A DNA stretch of 64,000 nt from Klebsormidium nitens (GCA_000708835.1 DF237381.1:14945-78944), one strand, 5' to 3'. Numbered from the stretch's first letter, positions 51,801-63,715 are shown. Notes: generated by a model not told the origin, from the letters alone. Made by a program: numbers and translations.

Positions 51801-54800
51801 AGCGCTCTTTCTGGCTCCATCTTAAGGAAACTCGTAAGAAAGGGAACCGCAGCCTCGCGCTCAGTCGAGCATCGCTGCTTGCTTGCATGCTCCATGATCT
51901 GCATTTGTGGAGCATGTTTGAACGCAGGGTCGCTCTTCTTTGCGTCGTCAACCAACCAAAAACGTCGTTGCAACCGGCCTCCTCAATTGCAAGGTTTACA
52001 GACGCCGTCTATTGAACTTTCTAAGGTTATCCGTGACGAACCGCTCAACTATTTTGATCTTCGTTTTCTTGGATTGATTGGCCGCCAATAACGTTCCCGC
52101 CGAGAAGCCTGTACTCTTTTTGCGACGACGAGAAAGCGACGGCCGTTTTGATTTGACCAGAACCTGCATCTTTGAAGGAAAAAGGCAGAAGCTGAACCCA
52201 GTAGCCTTGACGTTTTCCCTGCAGTATTCTTCGACGTTGTGGATGGTCAAGAGCGCTCCCGCGGGGGCGCCTCCTCCCTCTCAAACGACGCGGAAGCGAC
52301 GGCGGTTTTCGAGCTCTACCAGGGTGTGCGGCGATCGTACCCCGGGGAAAACCTCCGGGGGCGGGTTGGCATAATCACCCCGTACAAGCAGCAGCTAGAG
52401 GCGCTCAAGAGAAAGTTTCGGGAGGTCATGGGCGACCGGGCGATGCTGGACGTGGAGTTTAACACCGTGGATGGCTTCCAGGTAGGCGGCCGTATGTGAA
52501 CACGCCCCGCTCTAAGACACGTTAAGCAGATTGACGGATCTGTGTTTGGTGTGAGCTTGTGTCAGGACTCAGTCAGGGACGCGGGCTGAAAAGTCCAGCA
52601 AAATTCAGACCTCGCCGACGGCCGCATCAAATTTCAACCACGCGTTCCTGAATCTCGGAGATGACTTCACCCTTTCCGATTCTTTTCGTGCTTCGCACAA
52701 CGTAATAACAGTGTATATCCCCTCCGACCCTTGCTTGCAATTACAAAGGAGTCATCAGTACAGCGGAGGCAGAGACTTGAGGACCGTTTCAACCCTTGCC
52801 ACACTTTATTGGTGGCAGGAACTTGGCTTATGGGTCCATCTTTACGACTCAACGAGCCAGCGTATAGTGGTAGATCTGCGCACTTTCGGATCCTGTAAGT
52901 CGGTCAGTAACTTAAGATTCTCCTCCCCCGTTTACTCCAGGGCCGTGAAGTGGACGTCCTCATCCTCTCGACCGTCCGCACCGGCGGCATCGGTTTCGTG
53001 GCGGACGTCCGCAGAATGAACGTCGCGCTCACGCGCGCCCGCAACTCGCTCTGGATCGTCGGCAATTCCGCCGCCCTCAAGCGGAATCCGCACTGGGCGG
53101 CGCTGCTTTCGGACGCCGCCGGAAGGGGCCTTGTTTTCGAGGCGAGGCGCCCGTACTCGGCCCTGTTCACACCTGCTAAAGGAGCTAAGAAGGCCCTGGC
53201 GGGGCCCAGTAAGGCGACCGGTGTGAATTTGGGGAGCGACGAGGGGAAGAATGTGAACACGCTCGATGTACAAGTAGGGAGCGGGGGTAAGAAGGGTGAG
53301 AAACGGCCGGCAGAGCTTATTCCCCTAGGCCGCAGTAAGAAGCCCAAAACGACGGAAGCCTCGCCATTGAGTGGCGTGAAGCGGAAGCCTGAGGGGGGAA
53401 GCCTAGAGATGCCGGTCGCGAAGGCCAGCCGCTCTGATGGTCCGGAAAGCTCTAAGGTTCCCGATGTAAAGTACACGCCCCTCGTGGACGACAGCGAGAA
53501 AGCAGAGACAAAAGTTGCAGCTGCGGCCGACTTTCTGAAAGCTGTTGAAACGCCTGTAGCTGCGGTTTCGGGATCTGTTCCAAAAGGCGCTCCAGTCGAT
53601 CTCTCGAAGGCTCCGAAGAAGAGCATTTTGAAGAACGCTCTGAGCAGGCTCGAAGCGGCGGGGGGTGCGCTTGCCTCGCTGAATCTCCCCCCTGCGCCTA
53701 CAACCTTTTCAGCAGGAGTCTCCCCAGCAAAGTCAACGCCCGGAAGTGCGGTAGACTCTGTTTTCTCGCGACCTGTAGAGGTTCTCAGGAGCAGTCCCAT
53801 GAGGCCCGCACCTCTAGAGATTCCCCTGGTTCGGGTGCCTAGTTCGTTGCGTGTTCCTGACCCCGTGATTGGGACTAAACCCGCCTACTCTAGGGACGTA
53901 TTTACCCCCCCAAACACCAATTCGCAGCAGCAGCCCGCCGGGGGGGTGCCGGAAGCCCCTGACTTGCCCCCTGGTTTTGAACAATTTGCCAAGGTGGATG
54001 CTATGGATTTTGATGGGGCGCCCGGATTCCAAAAAAGAGGAGCCGCGAACCCGGCAGCAAAAGGTCCAACGGGGGCTGCAAATCAGAAGCAGGAAATGAG
54101 CGTTCTGTTCCAGAACGAACGGATTCCGCGGGAGAGCCTAACGGAACCGCGGAACCGAGAGCTCCCGGAGGAACTTCGGCAGGACAACGACGGAACGAAG
54201 GAAGCTCCAACTCCCCGGGGGATAGAGCCAAGAAGGGCGGCGGTGGAAAAGTCAACGGAAGCACGGAACGGAAAGGAAGAAGATGAACGGAAAAGGAAGC
54301 AAGCTGAAACGCTGTCGGTGGAGGAGGAAAAGGCGCGGCGAAACCGGGAGAACGCAAAGCGGTACGACGAAGGGAGGCGGCTTGCTGAGAGGATAGCACG
54401 GGATGAGCGGCTCCGGAAGGAAAATGAGAGATATGAGCGGCAGGATTCGAAAGGTTTCCGGGAACCAAAGGAAAGGCCTTCGAAAGAGGGAGATCGGCGA
54501 GAACGCAGTAGGGAAAGGGGCCACGATACCAGAGGGTCGGAAGTTAGCCCGCGAAAGGTGGGGTCAGAACCTAGTCCCAGAGACAAAGACCGGGATACCA
54601 AAGGCAGCTCGAAGAAGGGGTCCTCAATTCTTAGCCCGAGAGAGAGGGCAACGGAAGCGAGTCCCAGAGAGAGGGCTCCGAAACCGAAATCCAGAGCCGG
54701 GAAGTCGGAACGAAGTCCGAGAGATGGGAAGTCGGAACCGAGCCCGAGAATGAGTTCCGGATGGATAAGGGATGAAAGGAAGGATCGGGAAAGAGACTCA

Positions 54801-57077
54801 GAAAGGACAGGCGAGTTGTCCCGGTCTGATTCGTGGAAGCGCGACGAGAGAAGCCGGGAGAAAGAGGACGGGATAAGATCGAGTCGGGATGCACCCAGGG
54901 AGATAGTCCGAGCCAGGGGTAGCGACCGCGAAAGAAGTCGGGAGAAGTCAAGAGACCGAGGGACCGACCAACGAAGCAGGTCGGTAGACGAGAGCCCGGG
55001 CAGACGGGGGCGCCAAGAAAGGGACCGGGAAGGGCCCCCAGGAAAGAGTCCGAGAGCTCGGGATGACGGTGAAAGAGCGCCAAAGGATCTCGGGACGAAG
55101 GGAAGGGCGTCGGTTGAGAGAAGCCCACGAGGGAGCGGGAAAGAGAGCAGAAGTCGGGAGGTGAGCCCAAAAGGACGTCGGAAGGAAGAGAAAAGCCAGG
55201 AGAGTTTAAAAAGTGCCAAGGACGAGTCGGGATCGGGAGGGCAAAAGTCTGAGGGGTCAGTAGCCGTTGAGGAGAAGGCGAAAGTTTCAGAAGGTCTCAG
55301 CAGTGCTTTGAAGACGGATGGGGTAGCGGGGACTTCGGGCTTGCGTTCCGCAGTTCAAGCGCGTGCGGAAGGGAATTTTGCCGCAAACCAAGGCGTGGGT
55401 GCGCCGGGTAGAGAGGGGTTACCAACTGCTGAGAGAGGTTTAGGAGCTAACCCAAAAAGTGGTGATTCCGCAACGAAAGATAAACCTAGGCCGGCGGATG
55501 ACACGCAAGGGGGGCGGAGGGAAGAAGACGCGTCCAGAGGAGAGCAGCCGGACAGGCGCCAAAGTGGAGAGGGTTCGCAGAGGGGGTTGGATCGGGAAGA
55601 TAAGGGCCCAAGTAAAAGTGGAGGATCTCGGAATTACTCAGGAGAACGCCTCGGTGGCGACTCAAGGGACGCGAGGCGAAGCCCAGAGCCGGACAGCCGG
55701 ACAAAGCCGATCCCGTGCCGCTACTTTCCGAAGTGCGACAAAGGCGATGCGTGCAGGTTCGCGCACGTGCAAGGCTCCAAGCCCTGTCGGTTCTTCCTCA
55801 TGGGGAAGTGCCGCGAGGGCGAGGCGTGCCGATTTGCACACCCCCGGGGGGAGGAACCGGGCGAGCTTAAGGCAATCAGACGGGAGCCACCGAAGGGGCG
55901 TGCCGAAGAGAAGGCGGCAGTCACTGCGGATGACTCCGAACGGAAGCAAGAGGGCGAGTCTCGGAGCCTCAAGTCGCGCTCTCTAGAGAAAGCGAACAGC
56001 TTGGGAGCTGCAACGAGCGAATTGGTGGAGCCCGTTTCTAAGCAAGAGACTGCGGCCCAAGCGGGGCAAACGAAGATGCCGGAAGCCGTTGGCAATGCGG
56101 GAACGGCGGCTCCAAAAGAGAAGCCGGTACCCACCGGAACGGTACCCACCAAGGCGAATGACGTGTCCGCCCTTGCCGAGCGGAAACGGCTCCGGGAGGA
56201 AGCGGCGGCGCTCATGCCCGCGGGCGCGTTCCGGTCCCAAAGCGCGCGCCTCGCGCCGGCGAGCGTGCAGACGGCATATGCTATGCCCCGGTCGTCGTCG
56301 GATATCGGCCGCCGGAAGACGCTGCCCTTGGAGGAGACTAGAATCCGTGGTGGGACACATGGCGAGCTGCCGGAGATGGAGGAGGGGGAGGTGCGGGTTG
56401 CAGAGGAACCAGGCGTTAAGGAGGCGGGGGAACTGAGTCCAGCGGGTGGCGTTCCCCCGGTCAGAGGCGCCGGTCAAGGGATCCCCCCGGGGCGAGCGCC
56501 TGTTCATGCCCGGCTAAGTCTGCCGGGTTCTCGGGTTGAGAGCCAACGGGACGGGGAAATGAGTCCGGGTATGAGGCGGCAACCGGTTGTAGAGAGGCTC
56601 GGACCGGGCGGGCTGGAGGCACGAATGGAGGAAGAGAGGATGAGGTTCGAGGAAATGCGGAGAATGGCGATGAGAGAGGATATGCATAGGGAAGGTGGAA
56701 GAAGGCAGGAGATCATGTTTGAAGAAGCGAGGAGAGGCGAGATGATGGGCGCGTTTGGAGGCGGTAGGGAAATGCTTGTGAGGGATGAGCGAGAAATGAT
56801 GTTGGAAGGCCGTGAGACCGTGTTGCGGGATGAAAGGGAGGTGATGCAGCAGGGACGTAGGGAGGTGATGATGCAAGGCGCAAGGATGCTGGACGACGAA
56901 AGGATGGTTCTGCGGGACGAGAGAGATTTTCAGGGCTCTCCTCGGGATTTGCAGCCGGACCTAAGGGAGCTCCTTCGTCGACGAAACGCTCAAGGAATTC
57001 CCGGTGCCCAAGGTGGTAACAATAGACCGATCTCTGAGAGGCTTTTGGGAGGACCATTCTCAAAAAGAAACATGTGA
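33807..57077 (+). CDS. SEN1: SEN1/senataxin-like superfamily-1 RNA/DNA helicase of the plant At1g16800 type, ~20 exons. Approximate exons include 33807-33949, 34651-34848, 36326-36509, 37349-37545, 38052-~38255, ~38631-38783, ~39243-39373, ~39785-39912, ~40353-41007, ~41568-41717, ~42068-42205, ~42647-42870, ~43555-43974, ~44491-45581, ~45995-46149, ~46506-46629, ~47144-47330, ~47898-48080, ~48919-49494, ~50084-50736, ~51229-51450, ~52226-52481, 52941-57077.
   Basis: Helicase motifs [72 protein letters not shown]|GRE and [12 protein letters not shown]-terminal exons match the plant-type Sen1 N-domain (WFLDA..HSWC..ESFYHYY..CDSC; [21 protein letters not shown]; [10 protein letters not shown]; VP..F.S..QY..VFRPL..EEFKAQL). 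Confidence 0.92.
35270..36325 (+). repeat. About six decayed ~165-bp tandem copies of intron-tail plus SEN1 exon 3 start
   Basis: cag|gt.caaggagga copies start at 35631, 35823, 35984 and 36154, with two more decayed copies near 35350 and 35465. The true exon starts at 36326. The intronic gctgctctc.tcacgtt.tga motif also repeats. Confidence 0.88.
36920..37348 (+). repeat. Three decayed copies of SEN1 exon 4 acceptor region
   Basis: ag|gtgctcaa.ta..ctgc.atcct.ga.ga.gcaga starts at 36934, 37058 and 37206; the true exon starts at 37349. Confidence 0.9.
48081..48470 (+). repeat. Three decayed copies of an exon 3' end plus donor in SEN1
   Basis: cagcatggtgccgca.atgcgcga.ttccag|gtgagg has its true donor after 48080 and copies after 48197, 48341 and 48462. 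Confidence 0.9.
55716..55841 (+). other. Two tandem CCCH zinc fingers within the SEN1 terminal exon
   Basis: [17 protein letters not shown] (C-x5-C-x5-C-x3-H) and [19 protein letters not shown] (C-x7-C-x5-C-x3-H) in the 1375-aa ORF. Confidence 0.9.
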
Positions 57078-58674
57078 CCCAAGGATATGTGCATGGAAGC
57101 AATAAAGTCAAGGGAGCTGGATTCGGTCCAAGACACTTTTCAATAAGTCATGGAACTTAAGCTTTGACTTGTCGGATGCTCCACGTTCACGAAAGCAATC
57201 AAGTTCGCTGCCAGCACACATTTTTGTTATTGAATGATCAACGACATGCATCTTTAAGTTACTCTTCCGTTTTCAATGACGGAGCTCTTTAGTGTAGGTA
57301 CCGGCCGCGGCCGGGCGGCTGTGCATGTGCCGGGTTTTACTATAAGCGCTACGGGGTAGATGCGTGCATGCACATGCTGGCATTGATTAATGTGGCCGGC
57401 GCCGCTGCGGCCCGCGGCCCCCACCTATGTGCATCATATATCACGTCATATACATGGTCGAATGCCATTATCCTGTCGAACTTATAGAAAAGGAATCGAT
57501 CGACAGCCAGCGGCATTGCTAGCTAGGCGGCTGCAGCTTGCCGCGCAGACTCAGAGATGGGGACAGCCCGCCCATGTCGGCTCAACTTTTGATGCGATTG
57601 ACTGCATGTTGATTGCTAAAGTTGTTTGACTTTATATACCCAGTAATTTAATTAAGCCATGCCAGACAGGGTAGCATGCTTGTAGCCCTACTCTTGTGAT
57701 AAAACATGCTGCTTTGTTGTTAGTAACTAGAATATAACGTTTCTTTATGAAGCCCGAACCCCGAAATTGCTTGTTTCTACGCCATGGGCCCAGGTTCCTA
57801 AGCGTGTATTAAAAGAAATGACCATTGAGTCCTGCATGTATACAATTTTTGCGTGATCCAACGATACGCAAAGAACCAATTGATCAATTAAGCGTGATCA
57901 CGTCTGACCGGCGGCCGCGGCTGGTGCCGCGCATGACTGAGTGCTCGCGACGTACATGAGACATGCCATTCATCACTGATATGCAATCCGACAACTTCCG
58001 TATACCATATACTAGCACAGAGATGCCCGCGTCGCAGCTATCGTACTTGCGCACGTTTAGTACAGTCGTCGAATCACGCACTGCGGTGTGGTCACGTGCA
58101 ACCGTCTTGGTCACATGATCGAAATGATTACTATCTGTCGTAGTTTAGTCACGTTGTTTTGCAGTCGGACTGATCGGTTTAAAGTGAAGTTTCTTGGCAA
58201 TCAAGGTCGTATGATCAATCGATACTTGCATGTACGGTACTCGACGTCGGACACATGAAGCTGGGTAGCCTGATGTCATGGTCCAACTCAGTCGATTCAC
58301 TATACAATATGCACAGCATATCGACGAGCAAGCTCTTGAGAGGACGGGTCTCCTTGTAAATCCAGATGGTTTGCAACCTTACGGGCGGCAAGGACTCAGC
58401 TACGTTTAGCCCCATCTCAATGATTCTATATTTAAGTCCCGTGTAGTACACCCAATTTAAAGCGAAATACATCAATCCCAACAAATTGAGTCCTACGTTT
58501 CTACGTAACTCCCATTCATCAATCAACCCAAGACGTAAGCAACGTACTTCGGATCACATGAAGATAAGTATGCGGTAGCAAGTTCGCAAATCGGTGTATG
58601 AAGCATACTTACCTATGACCTTGACTTTGTTCTATGGAAACACAACGGGTCGCTTTTTGTCAACTTCCCGACAG

Positions 58675-59880
58675 CTATCGTGGTGTGACAAATCTGGAAG
58701 CTACTAGAATCGTACTCTCTGCGGACGCCTGAAAGCTCCTTGAATCGGCCTCGAAGGGCATGTCACTAGTGACGTCTGTGTACTCTGAGTCCGGCCCCCA
58801 ACTCTCACCATCAAAGCTGGCCGCGACCTCGGTTGTTGCGAGACCCACAAGTAGCGAGCTGACCGCTTGCATGCTCGGCCTTGTCGAGGGATCCCTTCGC
58901 AAGCAGAATGTTGCAATCTGAATCAGGCGCTGCGCTTCCTCCAAATCGTAGTTGCCGTTGAGCCGGGGATCAACAAGGTCCGGCACTCTGCCCTCTTTAA
59001 GATGTCTAAGAGCAACCTCAGTGAGCCGCTCAACTACCCCGCTCTCGTCTTGCCGTATAACCTGGCGCCCGCTCACAATCTCGAGGAGCAGAACTCCGAA
59101 GCTGTAGACATCACATTTTCGGGTCAAAAACTTCGCCCCACCGTGAAGATACTCTGGTGCCATGTATGATACCGTGCCTTTTACCATAGTTGACGTCTGT
59201 CCTCCCAAATCCTGCACAAGGTGCGCGAGCCCAAAATCTGCTATGCACGCCTCCATATTGTCTGCCTCAGCCAGCAATATGTTGGCAGCTTTAATATCTC
59301 TGTGCAGCATGGGCGGCGACAGGTCGTGATGAAGGTAGGTCAAGCCCCGGCAGATGTCGCGTGCGACACCTACTCGCTCCACCCAAGACAAAACGAAGGA
59401 GGCCTCGAGAGGATGGTGGAGGCGGTCGCTCAAGCTGCCCCTAGAAAAGAACGGGAACACAAGGAGCCGCTCACCCCCTTCCATGCATACCCCCAACAGC
59501 GGCACCAAGTTCTTGTGCCGAACACTGGCCAGGGCCTTGATCTCCGTGTTCCAGGACCTTTCCTCGATGACCCTGCGGCCGGGCCTCTTCTCCAACCGCT
59601 TCACAGCAACCACTGACCCGTCCGGAAGGACTGCCTTGTATATCACTCCGAAAGAACCCTTACCAATGATATTGGCTTCTGAAAAGTTTTCGGTGGCCGC
59701 CTTGAGATGTTTCAACTTGAAGACCGACTGCAAGTTGGAATTTGACAAGGGCAGGAAGGCCTGGGCGCCGGCTCTACCAGGATCTTTGCTTCCAAGTTCT
59801 GATCCTGACGTCTCCGTGTGCTTTCGACGTGCAATAAAGCAACGGCTTTTGCTCAACGTTGACGAAAAGGACAAAACCAC
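58675..59880 (-). CDS. RLK/Pelle-family Ser/Thr kinase domain, RD type, uninterrupted by introns; true 5' end uncertain
   Basis: FKLKHLKAATENFSEANIIGKGSFGVIY, VAVKRL, VRHKNLVPLLG, HRDIKAANILL, IADFGLA, GTVSYMAPEY and DVYSFGVLLLEIVSGR. Confidence 0.93.
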   Translation of the reverse strand: MVLSFSSTLSKSRCFIARRKHTETSGSELGSKDPGRAGAQAFLPLSNSNLQSVFKLKHLKAATENFSEANIIGKGSFGVIYKAVLPDGSVVAVKRLEKRPGRRVIEERSWNTEIKALASVRHKNLVPLLGVCMEGGERLLVFPFFSRGSLSDRLHHPLEASFVLSWVERVGVARDICRGLTYLHHDLSPPMLHRDIKAANILLAEADNMEACIADFGLAHLVQDLGGQTSTMVKGTVSYMAPEYLHGGAKFLTRKCDVYSFGVLLLEIVSGRQVIRQDESGVVERLTEVALRHLKEGRVPDLVDPRLNGNYDLEEAQRLIQIATFCLRRDPSTRPSMQAVSSLLVGLATTEVAASFDGESWGPDSEYTDVTSDMPFEADSRSFQASAESTILVASRFVTPR

Positions 59881-60135
59881 CAGAAGGAATAAGACTTCGC
59901 CTGAAGACCAGGATTCCTTTGCTAGATAAAGCCCTTTTCAACCGTTTCTCACATCCTGGTGAACATACTTCTTGTAAAATCCGCCATCTCTCTCAATAAA
60001 GAAATGGGACGGCTATTCACTTCTCTCTCTTTCAGATTCTGAACTTGACACAACTACTTAGAGCAGCCCATGGTGACAGTCAGAGGAGGTGGATTGTTTC
60101 TTTGCTAGACGGTAATCAACATTCAAGATCCTCAC

Positions 60136-63100
60136 CGGCTGCAAAATGCTGTTGAAAATGACCCCCTTTTGAAGAGCAAGAGAGGAAGTGCCGTCGATAC
60201 CAGTAGGGGCATTCCCGATGGGTGCGCTAAAGGGATTGGCGCTAAACGTCGCAACACAGAGGATAGGTTCCTGGTATTGAATAACCCCAATCATCGGGAG
60301 TGCGACGATGGCTGCGTCGGGGGGCAACATCACATTCTGTATGCATTGAAGGATAAGATCAGAGCCTCGAACTTCAAGAGTTTCTTGGAGCCATTATGCA
60401 CCAAGGCACTCACAAGAGACAGTGATGGCAACCAACAGAACCGCCCTATGACTCGAGTCTTGCTTGAATGACTCTGGCGAATAGGTTACAAGCAGGCAAC
60501 CTTTTGACATCAGCAGTGCCGGCAATTTTGTAAAGCATGCTATTGGGTGCTTCGCATAAGCATGCTAGAAATGAAGAGAGCTGGAGCTCACCGTCCACGT
60601 TGCAGTGTGACCAGCAGCAGAAACCGTTGTTGGATAGAAAACTCTGCTGCTGCTAGCGTTCAAGTCGAACAGACCTTGTGGATTTACATCACAGCCAGGG
60701 TAAGCTTCGCTGAGAGGTGTTCCTACCGCATATGGTGGTATAGTTATTCTCTCGTTGCATCCCGGACTTGCTAATGTAAGGTTCCGGTTGATGAGGAAGG
60801 CGTCTGTAGGAAGCTGAAAAGGGTCAGCTGAAACATCGCACTAAATATATGATGTCTTGAAACAGGGCGGCTTGAGAGCTGCAGAAGCATCTCCACTTGA
60901 GCGAATAAGAATCAAGCTGGACAACAAACATTGAGCGTGACTTACCTGAGCAGGAGACACTCAAGGTGCCATTTACCATAGTCGTCGCCCCGTTGAGCAT
61001 ACTGATTCCACTGTTCCGCACGAGTGTTGTCACTTGAAGAAGCTTGCCAACAGTGACAGGCCCATTTGCGGCAACGAACTGAAAGTAGCCAACGCTTTGT
61101 CTCACATGACAATTCTCATTACATGCGCAACAGCACTTGTAGATTCACATGTACGTCAACCTCACACCAGCAAACCACTGAAATGAACCTTGGCAAATCA
61201 GTGTCCATCTTGCATATCCTTTAGAACTCCAACAAGATGTCGAAAGCACTCACACAAGCAAGCACCAACTGAAAAGAAAACGCGAATGCGAAGGCGAGCA
61301 GCCTTATCAACTCTTATGTAGACGCTTAGGAGCAGCTAGATATCTTGAGACAGTCGTGAGAAACAAGCGTCAGCTAACATGAGATGGACCCATGTCTACT
61401 GCCTCTAGCTAGTGCACAACCTAGTGACGGGCATGAACTCTGAAGCAACGCATGTACTCAAATTCTTCGGAAATGGCTTACACTCATAAATATGATAGCG
61501 CCGGGTCCTGCAATGGTATCCATAGATTCACTGAGCAATCTTCTGAAGGGAGTCGGAATAGGGGGGTTCGATGGTGGGGGGCTCAAAGGGCAAAGGTGGG
61601 GGGTTGCTGGAGGGAAAGAGGTTAGGCTGCACGACACGAGCAAACCAGCTTTAGCCGTGGTACTAGATTACCAGGAAAAACAGGGACTAGGAACTGGAAC
61701 ATGCAGCAAGGACAAAGCAAACAATTGAAGCCCAACCATTTCACAATGAGGAGAGTATGTATACGCTCTTACATCATCAACAAAAAGTTGCCTTTGTCAG
61801 CGGGCGGATGCGGGAAGCAAGGCCCATGAAGACAAGGGATAAGACATGGACCCCTCACTGGTTGTAGGATTTGTGCGAACGTTATTCCTTTTTGCAGAGT
61901 GCTTGATGAGGTGCCATTGACTTCGTTCAGAGCATTCAGGATCGAGGAGTTGGCAACACTCCCGCGTGAGGGCCCAAAAGTAGCAAGGCACAGGATGGGC
62001 TGTTGATATTGGATGCGTCCAAACATAGGAAGTGCAGTGGACACGTTGGGAACAAGAATCACATTCTGCACAAGGAAAAACCAACACTAATTTCAGATTC
62101 AACGGGGGCCTGGTTTATAGAGAGCCCGGTGGAAGTTGCAACTCTGCTGTTGAGCAATGACGACAATGCTAACAAAAGGGCCGTCAGACAAGTATGTAAT
62201 TGAAAGAGTCATGAAGCATGTACCAAATCTTTGGGCCAATCTCTTCTGGCTGTTAAGCAACAGATGCAAATGCCTGCTCTCAACAAGTTTCTGGATAGTT
62301 GGATAGTTAGATATCTCACTGTCCATATGGCTGTGTGCCCATCGGCCGTGACTGATGAAGGATATCGCACCGGCCCGGTGCTTGTGTTGAGGTTAAAGAC
62401 CCCCTGAGGATTCACATCGCAGCCTGGATATGTTCCATTCAAGCCAACTGGATACGGTGGGCTCATGGGCTGCTTGGTACAGCCCGGGCTGGCCAACGTG
62501 CTGTTTATGTTGATTATGTAAGCGTCTGCACAGGCGCAGAGACGTTGCATTTGTTAATTGCTTCAAGTCGGCAAAGGCGTCGGCAAAATATGATCAACGG
62601 CGTACGAAGGTTGCCGCACATACAGCAATATAGCCCACAAGCTCAAACAACCAGGGTGGCAGACCTGTCAACAATCTTAATAACATTGGAAGAACTGAAA
62701 AAGAAAAAGAAAAGCACTGGCTATGGTGCACTTTGCTTCTTTCCCTAGATTTGAAAACTTGAAGGGCAAAAGTGTCTACAAAGTTTCTTGAGCAGTAAAG
62801 CAATCTGGCAAGCAGCCATGATCTTTGCTCGAGGAAGAACGATCAGGCCGGAATTTTGAGAGGTACAAACCAGAGCAGGTAACAGTCAGTGTTCCATTGT
62901 AGGTCACAGCAGCCACAGAGCTAGCGTAACTTCCTGGGCCAGTATTCCGGAGAAGGGTCGTAAGTTGCAGAAGGTCTCCAACCGCCACAGGTCCATTGGC
63001 TGAGAGGAACTGCAGTGGAAAGCTTCGAGAGGTCAGCACACATGCTTCCAAATCCTGACCTGACATCTGGTTCGACAACCCTAGTCGAGTCTTGCTGCCA

Positions 63101-63715
63101 CTTCCCTTCCACTCTGCATAGACAGAGTTGCAGCTGAGGGTTTAGATTCCTCAAATTGTAAGTCCAATGACTCTGGGCTTTCATTGCAAGATGCCAATTT
63201 ATTACTGCATCCCCGAATCCCAGCATTGAATGTAGATGCAGTTCTCATTAAGCAAGGAGTCAGATAAATTATGGCGTCTTCTCATCCAAAAACATCCCAC
63301 TTGCCAGTGATCGACGAAGAGGACTGGTAGAGAAGATGGTGACTAGCTGGATTCAAGCAACGTAGGTCAGGGTGTCGTTTGAATGCTCTACCGCCAGAGT
63401 TTGAATGCTCTACGGCCAGAGATTTCCAGTCGCGAATTGATGATATATACCTCTCAATGCCTCTGAAGAGCAGTCCTTACATTTGAGGACGAAAGGCTGA
63501 AACTGCAACTATGTACCAACACACCCTGTAGAAAGCTTATCAGTCAGAAATTTGAAGAAAAATAGCAAAAGGTGATGAGAAAGGCTTACGTTTATGCTTA
63601 TAGTGGTCCCATTGTCTGCACGCACCGGGCCCCCTTGCAGCAGGTAGACGACCACTCCGAATAAAACGGCCTGCACTTTAACCAGAGAGCCTGCTGGCCG
63701 CCAAAGGAGAGCCAT
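60136..63715 (-). CDS. Signal-peptide protein made of two copies of an unrecognised ~185-aa three-exon module; possibly the ectodomain of the downstream kinase. Exons 63715-63590; A: 63009-62871, 62525-62320, 62065-61859 (or to 61773); linker 61626-61482; B: 61078-60946, 60803-60592, 60336-60136.
   Basis: The hydrophobic leader AVLFGVVVYLLQGGPVRA is followed by the paired exons FLSANGPVAVGDLLQLTTLLRN / FVAANGPVTVGKLLQVTTLVRN, LASPGC..YPGCDVNPQG in both copies, and LPMFGRIQYQQPILCLATF / LPMIGVIQYQEPILCVATF. Intron positions and phases are the same in both copies. Confidence 0.8.

Noticed and set aside
52904-56215. Long minus-strand ORFs (298, 378, 179 aa and others)
   Set aside because: They are antisense shadows of the GC-rich, low-complexity SEN1 terminal exon.
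57296-57426. Possible MITE bounded by taggtaccggccgcggccg / cggcccgcggcccccaccta
   Set aside because: The inverted match is short and gapped in very GC-rich sequence, and there is no clear TSD.
58215-58526. 103-aa minus-strand ORF downstream of the kinase
   Set aside because: No recognisable domain or splice context; it could be a decayed element but this is unsupported.
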